A DNA stretch of 26,771 bases from a virus (lineage: Duplodnaviria > Caudoviricetes): IMG/VR virus record IMGVR_UViG_3300032320_000927, positions 1-26,771 of that record; one strand, 5' to 3'. The position numbers and the translations under genes are program-made. The notes beneath the pieces are model-generated. The model made no database searches, had not been told where the DNA came from, and saw only the letters and a program-made list of their open reading frames with translations. This document shows positions 17,578 to 25,628 of this stretch, piece after piece. Positions within the stretch are counted from its first letter, which is position 1, and every line of letters begins with the position of its first letter.

Positions 17578-18057
17578 TTAATTAGAATCCGCAGTATTAG
17601 TAAAAGCAAAAATATTATAACGTCTTGTCATTGAAGGTAAATCTGTAGTGATTGTATTATAGTTTTCTTTGATATAAAATTTTTCAGAATCAATTAATAA
17701 AGATATTGTCCTATAAGAATCATAGTTTAATGATTGGATATAATTACCATTAGTTAAAACTTCTCTGGTATCTATATCTATCATTATTGCTGCGGGAGGA
17801 TAACCTAAATTATGGTAAGCAACAGTTGTAATTGTGTTGCCCGTATTTCCTGCACTAACATTTCCATAATTGTAAGTAAAATTAAATTGAGAGGATAAAC
17901 TAATATAGTTAAATCTAGAATCAAAGTAAATATTGGCTAAATTATTAAATCTATTAGTTAATGGTTTGTTATTACCTTCTTCGCTTGAAGGATTATTAAA
18001 AATAGATACTACGGCAACGTTAGCAACATTACCTGCCCAAAAAACATTTGTGCTCAT
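17578..18057 (-). CDS. Hypothetical protein, putative fibre adaptor
   Basis: 159 aa, ATGA overlap with the fibre gene. Contains IYFDSRFNY and HNLGYPP motifs. Confidence 0.65.
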   Translation of the reverse strand: MSTNVFWAGNVANVAVVSIFNNPSSEEGNNKPLTNRFNNLANIYFDSRFNYISLSSQFNFTYNYGNVSAGNTGNTITTVAYHNLGYPPAAIMIDIDTREVLTNGNYIQSLNYDSYRTISLLIDSEKFYIKENYNTITTDLPSMTRRYNIFAFTNTADSN

Positions 18058-19622
18058 ATTTCAATTCTAATAAATTTACTATTTAAATCTATAACCATTT
18101 TACCGTCAGCTGAACTAAAAATTCCTGATACTATATTGCCAGCATTTTGGGATATTTCTGATAATGTATTTGCAGTTACAGCTGTTGCCGGTATTGAAGC
18201 CGTGGCCAATTCTCTGGAAGTTATGGAACCAACCTGTAATCTAGATCCAGGAATAGAATTACTAGCAATTTCTCTGGATGTAATTACCCCTGCCTGTATC
18301 TTTGCAGATGTAATACTATTTGCTGCAATTTTTGCTGCGGTTATAGCTTCATCCTGTATTTTTGTTGAGGTAATAGTATTGTCTTCTAACTTATCACCAG
18401 TAATCGTATTTGTCAATATTTTAACTGCAGTTACAGAACTATTTGCTAATACGTTTGTTGTTACTTGCCCCGCAGATAAAACTATATTAGTTATAGTATT
18501 TGCTGCACCTGGAGTAAACAATGCCCAAGAAGTTTTTGTGATATTTAGTATGTAAGTTCTACCACCTACGATTATCAAATCGCCAGCATTATAGTAAGTC
18601 ACATCTGTTGGTAATGTTGCGAGAGTTCTAATACTTGCAGTACCTGTATTTGCTGTATACTGAGGAATAGTTTTCCAGCCGCCATCATATATGTACAATC
18701 CTGTACCTGTTACTCTAAATAACTCACCTACATTTGCAGATGCAGGCAATGTTGCTCCGGAAGTTATGCCCGACCCTGTATTAGAGGATGCGCCAGTAAT
18801 ATAGTCGCCTAAGTTTTTCCATTGCCCGGATATAAAAATATACGATGTTGTTCCAACTACAACAGTTCTTCCAGAATAATTGCTGGCATCTCCAACTGCA
18901 GGCAAGCTAACCAACACATCTAAGCCGGCAGGTGCACTTGATGTAATTATGCTGGATAATGTTCTCCATTGTCCAGATAGATACAAGTAAATTGCAGCAT
19001 TGCCTGTTTCGTAAAATGTAGTTCCCTCTGGAGCATTACTTGGTTTAACTAAACCAATAGACATGGCCTGATCGCCTCTAAATCTAACCCATCGAGAATC
19101 TGAGCCGGCGGCCCTAGCAATTGCGGAATCTGCATTCAATCCCGAACCATTCCCCGTAGGATAACTAGTATATATCCAAATATCTCCAAGATAATATGCA
19201 ACTCTACCTTCATAATTGCCTACTGTTGGTAAAGATGCTACTAAGGGCAATCCACCTATATTTCCATTTAATATACCGCCAGTATATGCTGCAATACTTG
19301 CATCAACATATCCTTTAGTAGATAATTCTGCATCTAACCATTTAATAGTTCCAGCTTCATCTAATATTAAATGGGGAGCGCCATTAATTGTAAAACCTAT
19401 TTTACCTGTTCCTGCGTGATACATGCCTGTATTAGTATCACCATCCCATGAGTATCCGGGAAAATCTTCAGTATCAGATATGTAAGATTTATACTGTCCG
19501 CTATTATAAACAGCATTAAAATTAGCATTAACCTTTATAAAGGCTTCTCGTAAAACGTCACCGTCTCCTGCATTTGCAGATGAACCCACGTTTACGTTTG
19601 ATAAATTTGTTGTGTTTGGCAT
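18054..19622 (-). CDS. Repeat-rich tail fibre / baseplate appendage protein
   Basis: N-terminal VNVGSSANAGDGDVLREAFIKVNANF (gp9/gp10-type anchor motif), PGYSWDGDTNTGMY fibre motif, five ~35-40-aa beta repeats and ten decapeptide repeats. Confidence 0.8.
   Translation of the reverse strand: MPNTTNLSNVNVGSSANAGDGDVLREAFIKVNANFNAVYNSGQYKSYISDTEDFPGYSWDGDTNTGMYHAGTGKIGFTINGAPHLILDEAGTIKWLDAELSTKGYVDASIAAYTGGILNGNIGGLPLVASLPTVGNYEGRVAYYLGDIWIYTSYPTGNGSGLNADSAIARAAGSDSRWVRFRGDQAMSIGLVKPSNAPEGTTFYETGNAAIYLYLSGQWRTLSSIITSSAPAGLDVLVSLPAVGDASNYSGRTVVVGTTSYIFISGQWKNLGDYITGASSNTGSGITSGATLPASANVGELFRVTGTGLYIYDGGWKTIPQYTANTGTASIRTLATLPTDVTYYNAGDLIIVGGRTYILNITKTSWALFTPGAANTITNIVLSAGQVTTNVLANSSVTAVKILTNTITGDKLEDNTITSTKIQDEAITAAKIAANSITSAKIQAGVITSREIASNSIPGSRLQVGSITSRELATASIPATAVTANTLSEISQNAGNIVSGIFSSADGKMVIDLNSKFIRIEI
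18165..18464 (-). repeat. Ten tandem decapeptide repeats (ITSAKIQAGV type)
   Basis: VTTNVLANSS VTAVKILTNT ITGDKLEDNT ITSTKIQDEA ITAAKIAANS ITSAKIQAGV ITSREIASNS IPGSRLQVGS ITSRELATAS IPATAVTANT. Confidence 0.85.
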
Positions 19623-19626
19623 GGCG

Positions 19627-19833
19627 TTAACTTATCTTAAGATGATTTTTAATTGCTGCAAGTTCTTCCTTCAACATATTTATTTCCTCTTGCATTGACT
19701 GAATTTGTTTTGCTTGTTTTCTTTTATTTTTATATTCTTGTAGTGCGCCAAGATCAGTATTTAATATAGCTGAGGACATAGGATCTTTTACAAATCCTGG
19801 TTGACCTTCTATTGGTAAATAGTTGTTTTGCAT
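19627..19833 (-). CDS. Small coiled-coil protein that typically follows the VrlC-like gene
   Basis: 68 aa, IEGQPGFVKDPMSSAILNTD followed by a heptad helix. TAATG-coupled to the upstream gene. Confidence 0.75.
   Translation of the reverse strand: MQNNYLPIEGQPGFVKDPMSSAILNTDLGALQEYKNKRKQAKQIQSMQEEINMLKEELAAIKNHLKIS
19677..19684 (-). promoter_or_regulatory. Possible internal late promoter (AATAAATA) for the fibre cassette
   Basis: ATAAATA core about 55 bp upstream of the fibre ATG, but inside coding sequence in AT-rich DNA. Confidence 0.3.
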
Positions 19834-21554
19834 TAGATAACCGCAGCAGCAGTTAATGATTTTAACTTAGGAGGATACAACGGATCATTCGCATAAAATA
19901 CTATTTTAATTTGATATGTTGCAAAATCATTAAATTTGGCAGTTAAGCCATTTGCAGTACTTGTGTATGCCAGAAACGGATCTAAAATTTTATATTTTTC
20001 TGTGTTAAAAATATCTTTAGTTCCAGAATATGTTTTAACTGCAGGAAATGTTAACGGCATTTGAATATAAGGTCTATCGTAGATACCATTAGAAACAGAT
20101 CGATCATCTCCTCCAAGGACCCTACAGAACACTTCAATATCGGATCCAATTGGTCTACTAACTTCAAGTATAACTTCTATACCAGTAGAATCAAATCCAT
20201 CTGCTAATGATATAGGTTTTGAAATATATTTACATGCCGCTGTGCCGCCAGCCGGCCTTAATTCTGTTTGAGAAATAGTATATGAATAAGGATCAATATA
20301 TGTCCTATATAACTGGGCACCTATTAAATCTCTATCCAAAATAGGAGTAACATCTTTATTTTTAGAAGTTAAAGATACCTGAAGTGTAACATCACCTTCT
20401 TGTTGTGCAACCATTAGTCCCGATAAATCAGCATTCAATCCAGGTTTAATAGATTTGTAACTTGATTTCAATCTAGATCCAGCGGTTGTTGTCGATAGTT
20501 TATAATCTGTGTATGCTATGTCTGCTAACCCCACAGTTGTGGATAACAACCTAAACCGATCATATTCTATTCCCGTAGTATCTGAAACAGATTTCATTTC
20601 TATAGTAACAGTGCCGGTATCAAATACTGCTTTTCTTAAGACAAAAGTTAAATCTATATTATCACTTGCAAGCCATTCTCCCGTATTTTGAGGAAGATAT
20701 AATTTTCCCGAAAACGGTTGTTTTACTGTTTTTCCATCGCCTGCTTTAGCAGCAAGTAATTCATATTGATTAGACTTAGTTAATACACAAAATGCATATT
20801 GGCCCGGACGCAAATAAAGCGGATGATCAAATTGAAAATTTGTAGCTGGTGCAAAACCAGTAGTTCCGTCGTATACATCAACAAATGCGGGATCAACAAC
20901 TACAAATGAACCTGTAATATATTCTGTTAGTGAAGGTTTTCCATTGACAACGGGTCTTATTTCTACAGCTAACGGGAGGGTCGCATCTTTTTGATATACA
21001 AATAAAGATAATCCTGTTATACATAATCCAAGAGGGTATGCAGTTTCATCCACGGTAAATGTCTGTGCCATTGGATCTAATTTTAATTGAGATACATCTG
21101 GACCTACTGCATTACCTGTTGGATTAGTTCTAATTCTTGTATTTCGTCTTAATGATGTAATATCTTTTTCCACAGAACTAACAAAATCTAAACCATAATT
21201 ATAGAATATTGATTCTGAAATATATTTAGAATCTGCGACACTTGTTGGAGAATCTCCAAATGTTAAATTAATCTCACCCACCAAAAATTTAAATTTAGTA
21301 TTTGGATCACTCGGTATATACAAATAACCTGTCGCAGTCCCTAATTGATTTGTTACAATAGGCTGACCTATTTGTGCCGTTTCCAATACTGGTGCACAAA
21401 ATTCTGTAATATTAATATCATTACAATATACATATATTCTAGTATTAGGCGGCATTTCTGCAACTGCAAAATTTATTAATTGCGCCGCAGAATAAATGGG
21501 GGCATTGGCTAATGCCGAAGTTTGTATTGCGCTTGGATTATTGCTTATAGCCAT
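19833..21554 (-). CDS. Structural protein equivalent to the C-terminal part of VrlC/DUF4815-like proteins
   Basis: MPPNTRIYVY, DPMAQTFTV, LSLFVYQKD, TNFQFDHPLYL..GQYAF, DLTFVLRKAVF, KYISKPISL, FATYQIKIVF...PPKLKSL. Own AGGA RBS. Confidence 0.8.
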   Translation of the reverse strand: MAISNNPSAIQTSALANAPIYSAAQLINFAVAEMPPNTRIYVYCNDINITEFCAPVLETAQIGQPIVTNQLGTATGYLYIPSDPNTKFKFLVGEINLTFGDSPTSVADSKYISESIFYNYGLDFVSSVEKDITSLRRNTRIRTNPTGNAVGPDVSQLKLDPMAQTFTVDETAYPLGLCITGLSLFVYQKDATLPLAVEIRPVVNGKPSLTEYITGSFVVVDPAFVDVYDGTTGFAPATNFQFDHPLYLRPGQYAFCVLTKSNQYELLAAKAGDGKTVKQPFSGKLYLPQNTGEWLASDNIDLTFVLRKAVFDTGTVTIEMKSVSDTTGIEYDRFRLLSTTVGLADIAYTDYKLSTTTAGSRLKSSYKSIKPGLNADLSGLMVAQQEGDVTLQVSLTSKNKDVTPILDRDLIGAQLYRTYIDPYSYTISQTELRPAGGTAACKYISKPISLADGFDSTGIEVILEVSRPIGSDIEVFCRVLGGDDRSVSNGIYDRPYIQMPLTFPAVKTYSGTKDIFNTEKYKILDPFLAYTSTANGLTAKFNDFATYQIKIVFYANDPLYPPKLKSLTAAAVI

Positions 21555-21581
21555 TTTTATTTCCTGTTAAATTTTCTAATA

Positions 21582-24500
21582 TTACCAACTATCTACCCAA
21601 TCGTTGACATCGGAGCCAAATTCTTTTACGCTATCTTCAAAATCTGCAAGTTCGCTCACAATGTCGACCCCTGCAACATATAGTATAGCAATAACTGCAA
21701 TAATTGTCCATCCAACTACTCCAAAATTAGGCAACCATGTTGTCGCTGTGGACAGGGCTGTGCTATATGCAACCGTTGCTGCGCCAGCAACAAGAAAAGT
21801 TCCTGCAGCAATCACGGCGTTAAAATAAAAATATGCAGTTAGTACAGCAAATGCAACCGCAAGAGTTACTAATAAATTAACTAAGAAAGAACTTTTCTTA
21901 CCTATTTTGGCCCTGCCCCTGCCGTTATTAATACCGCCAGGATTTGGATTTACAAAATGATTAGCTTCTAATTGACTTGTAAAAATTTCTTCAGAATAAT
22001 TTGCAGTAATTATTCCGTCATTAACACTGTAATTACTAGCAGAGGTTATCTGTAAAGGCATATCCGTCGCAGTAAATAGAGGAGTACATAATCCTGCATT
22101 AACATCAAACGCACACAAAAAATCGTTATTAGTTATGTCTGCTTTCGAAAAATCTGTAAAATTTTCCACAAGTATGCCCGTTTTTAATAAGTTATCCCCG
22201 GCATCATTTAAAACTGGATTTTTAAGATTTGCAATTTCTACAGTATGTATTCTAACTGTTTTGTTTAATGCCACTGTTGCTTTTTGTAACTTATTAATGT
22301 CGTTCATAGTAAAACGACGACTATCTTCATATACAATTTTTACATCAAAAGATGAAGTAGCATATGGAGGTATGTATAATGTTGCTATGGTAAGTTTTAA
22401 TTTGTCTGCACTAGAATCTTTTGCATTCGCTGCATTGTTTACTTCTATTCCCTGTTCAACGTATAATCTACTATAAGGATTTTCAAAACTTCTAAAATCT
22501 GCAGTAACATATAACTTATCTATTCTTGCAAGATAATACGTAACATCTGCTTCTGTATTTACCGCAGATGTTGGAAATATTGCAGTTTCAAAGTTTAGAT
22601 ACTGACTTCCATTAACACGTTTTGGTCTAAAATCTAAACAATCTCTTAAATTATATTGTTTTGCATCTACCACAGAAGTATATGCATAAATTCTTGTATT
22701 TGCTGGATAAGAATTTACCGTACAGGGTCCTTCTCCTGCATGCGTATAATAATCATATGTTATAAGAACATTACCAGGTAAATCTAAAGATGAACCCACA
22801 TATTGAACATAACCATGATCGTACCAACCATCTTTTTGTCCATTTGATAATATCCAAAGACTACTAGTAATATCTGTTAATTCTGTCCAAGTATTTGCTC
22901 TGGTTACAGCAATATTTGAGCTAGGTATGCTTGCTCTATAAGTAGAACCATTGTCAACTACAACATCATTATATGTATAACTCACATTGGATTGCCAATT
23001 TCCCTTAAATCTGTCGGAGGCATTTAATTTAAAAATACCATTATACGATGCAATATCTGCAATATTAGTACTATACTTATAATCTACAACATTAACATTT
23101 GCAAATTGATAAGCATTTTTTACTGGAGTTTTGATTCTAGGAGGAAGCGCGTTAGATTCAACAACATATTCAATATCGGCTACGCCGGTAAAAGTTGCAT
23201 CCCCTAAATTCACTGTCAAAATTGTAGAGTCTTGAGAAATTGTAGCAGTGCCTCTTTCAAAATTCCAAACGCCCAATGGAACATTTGCAGTTGCTCCTGT
23301 TCGTATAGCAATAATAAAATTGACTCTTGCAGTGCTTGGATCCACTACCCCATCGCCTAGTGCAAAAGTTTCAGGATTAGATACAATTTTACTAAATATG
23401 CCTGCGGTAAATATTGCGCCTCGAACGGTTTTAGTATATGTTGTTTTCAAATTGTCTATGGATTTAACAGAATTTTTAGGTATACGAAATACTAATAAAT
23501 CTGATGATCTAGGATCTGAAATAATTAATCTATTTTGAGCATCTATACTTGCGGCCGCAACATTTGCATAAAATATTGGATCAGTATATGTTGCGCCGGT
23601 ATAATGTGATGTTTGGTCATTTGCCACACCCACAACACTTTTAACCTGTTCTACATTTAATAATCCATCTAAAAATGGACTGCCATTACTAAAAGAAAGA
23701 AATGCTTTAGTATTGGATAACATTCTAGCATTATCTGAATTTGTAGGAGTAGCTAATAAATAGTTGGCAAATCTTTCTTTTGTTTTTGCAATATCCCGTC
23801 CATCTAAAGTATGCCATGTATTATACCAAAAGGCTACTCCGCCGGAATCTGGTTCTCTATACAATGCAAAACACGGTGTACTAGCAACACCATAATTGCC
23901 CAATAATGTATTCGCAGAGGGCGAAGAATAAAATGTATCTGCAATATATCGGCCATCCGCTTCCAAAATTCCATACTCCGTACTCCATGCTGCCCATGTA
24001 AGTGGTGCTTCTATTACGGGAGAATAATAATGGTAAAATAATTTAAATTGTGTTTTTGCGTTACCTAATGAACTGTCATACTCTAAATTTTTAAATAGTA
24101 TTGTTCCCACCTTCGTGTTTGCAGAATTTGCTGCAGTAGGATTTGTAACATTATGCAATTCTAAAAACATTTCTCCTTGTACTTTAGTTTGTACAATTGG
24201 TAACTGCATATTACTACCACCATAATTAAGATCAGTTATTTTAATATAGTTACCCTGCGATGTAGTAATATTATAGCCTGTTTTAGTGTCAGTTGCAGTT
24301 ACTTTAGGTAAAGATATTTCTGTACCCGAAACAGTACTTACTTCGCGGCCTGCCACATATGCTCTGCCGCTAGATACATTAAACAATAAAGTATCATCTT
24401 CAACAGATCCTGTCGGAGTTATGGTAAATGGTTTAACTATATAGTTGCCAGATTCATCAAATGTTCTTTCTTCTATTTGTTGTTGTATTTGACTGGATAC

Positions 24501-25619
24501 TGTTGTTTCTGGCACATATTCAATTACTCCCTTATTAAAAACAAGCACGGGTATAATTATTTGTTCTGTGTCTGCTTTCCTATTAATATCCATATCAAAA
24601 CTTGTTAAGGATAAATCAATTTTTAGTCTATCCGCGCCTGTTGCAAAATAATTAGAACTACCTAATGCAGGATCCAATAAAGATGCATCATCCTCGCTTG
24701 TAATTATTTGTTCCGTAACAAATAGGCCAATAACTTTGGATGGAAAGGCTGTATTTTTATCCGGAACAACTTTTTGCCTAGGGCATTTAACTATAAATCC
24801 ATTTTTATAAAAATATGTCTCATCCTGTGTTACTATTGATGACGGGCAAGTTGACAATTTAGTAAATTGAATATTTTCGCCGGAAAACGATGTTGCTGGT
24901 GCTTCGCTTATAGCATATTGTGTTTGGTTAATTACTTCAGTTACATAAATGGTTTTAGTTATATTAGGATGAACAACTAAATCACCAACCTCAATAAGTG
25001 TACTAGCTGTAGATAAATTAATTATTTTAGAAAAAGGAGTGCATGTACCTATTGCATTTTTAACAATATTATTTTCTACGACAGAAACTAAAGATGTGGT
25101 TGTACCATTTAATGCCTGAGAATAAGTATTATGAAAATATAAAGTATCACCTTCCGCAAATATTCCATTATTTGTCGAATTATATCTTTTTAAACTTATA
25201 ACAACTGCCGGCTGGTCACCTATTACGGGATCATCTTTCTCATATACAAATTCAACATACCCTACAATTTCAGAATTTAAACTGGTGACATACTTCCCTA
25301 AACAATCGTCTAATGTTATAGGCTGTCCTATGGTATTTTTACCTGTTATTTTTACAGTACGTACATCTAGATTTACACTTGGTCTAGATCCTGTTACTTT
25401 TTGACCGTCACTAAAAAGATAATCGCCTACTCTTTTAATTTGATTTTGTAATATGGTTTGAGATTGCGTCAATTCTCGAGATTGAACAGCTACTCCCGGT
25501 TTAAACAATACTCGGTGAAAGTTTTTATCTTCGGAATAATCATCAAAGTACGGAGTAACTTTAGTTGCTTCGGGTGTAGCTGAAGCAGTTGCTAAATTAA
25601 ATGTCGCGGTCGTTGCCAT
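21582..25619 (-). CDS. Large VrlC/DUF4815-like virion structural protein (N-terminal part) with a hydrophobic C-terminus
   Basis: PYFDDY..KNFHRVLFKPGVAVQSRELTQSQTILQNQI, GADRLKI, RTFDESGNYIV, LRDCLDFRP, YYLARIDKL, RRFTMNDI, KTGILVENF. AAGGA RBS. Confidence 0.85.
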   Translation of the reverse strand: MATTATFNLATASATPEATKVTPYFDDYSEDKNFHRVLFKPGVAVQSRELTQSQTILQNQIKRVGDYLFSDGQKVTGSRPSVNLDVRTVKITGKNTIGQPITLDDCLGKYVTSLNSEIVGYVEFVYEKDDPVIGDQPAVVISLKRYNSTNNGIFAEGDTLYFHNTYSQALNGTTTSLVSVVENNIVKNAIGTCTPFSKIINLSTASTLIEVGDLVVHPNITKTIYVTEVINQTQYAISEAPATSFSGENIQFTKLSTCPSSIVTQDETYFYKNGFIVKCPRQKVVPDKNTAFPSKVIGLFVTEQIITSEDDASLLDPALGSSNYFATGADRLKIDLSLTSFDMDINRKADTEQIIIPVLVFNKGVIEYVPETTVSSQIQQQIEERTFDESGNYIVKPFTITPTGSVEDDTLLFNVSSGRAYVAGREVSTVSGTEISLPKVTATDTKTGYNITTSQGNYIKITDLNYGGSNMQLPIVQTKVQGEMFLELHNVTNPTAANSANTKVGTILFKNLEYDSSLGNAKTQFKLFYHYYSPVIEAPLTWAAWSTEYGILEADGRYIADTFYSSPSANTLLGNYGVASTPCFALYREPDSGGVAFWYNTWHTLDGRDIAKTKERFANYLLATPTNSDNARMLSNTKAFLSFSNGSPFLDGLLNVEQVKSVVGVANDQTSHYTGATYTDPIFYANVAAASIDAQNRLIISDPRSSDLLVFRIPKNSVKSIDNLKTTYTKTVRGAIFTAGIFSKIVSNPETFALGDGVVDPSTARVNFIIAIRTGATANVPLGVWNFERGTATISQDSTILTVNLGDATFTGVADIEYVVESNALPPRIKTPVKNAYQFANVNVVDYKYSTNIADIASYNGIFKLNASDRFKGNWQSNVSYTYNDVVVDNGSTYRASIPSSNIAVTRANTWTELTDITSSLWILSNGQKDGWYDHGYVQYVGSSLDLPGNVLITYDYYTHAGEGPCTVNSYPANTRIYAYTSVVDAKQYNLRDCLDFRPKRVNGSQYLNFETAIFPTSAVNTEADVTYYLARIDKLYVTADFRSFENPYSRLYVEQGIEVNNAANAKDSSADKLKLTIATLYIPPYATSSFDVKIVYEDSRRFTMNDINKLQKATVALNKTVRIHTVEIANLKNPVLNDAGDNLLKTGILVENFTDFSKADITNNDFLCAFDVNAGLCTPLFTATDMPLQITSASNYSVNDGIITANYSEEIFTSQLEANHFVNPNPGGINNGRGRAKIGKKSSFLVNLLVTLAVAFAVLTAYFYFNAVIAAGTFLVAGAATVAYSTALSTATTWLPNFGVVGWTIIAVIAILYVAGVDIVSELADFEDSVKEFGSDVNDWVDSW

Positions 25620-25628
25620 TCGTTTTCC

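Noticed and set aside
18136-18555. 139-aa plus-strand ORF
   Set aside because: Antisense shadow of the decapeptide repeat region of the fibre gene. No clear RBS and a non-ATG start.
21555-21584. Programmed frameshift or readthrough joining the 1345-aa and 573-aa ORFs
   Set aside because: No slippery heptamer before the stop, the frames differ, and the downstream ORF has its own RBS and ATG.
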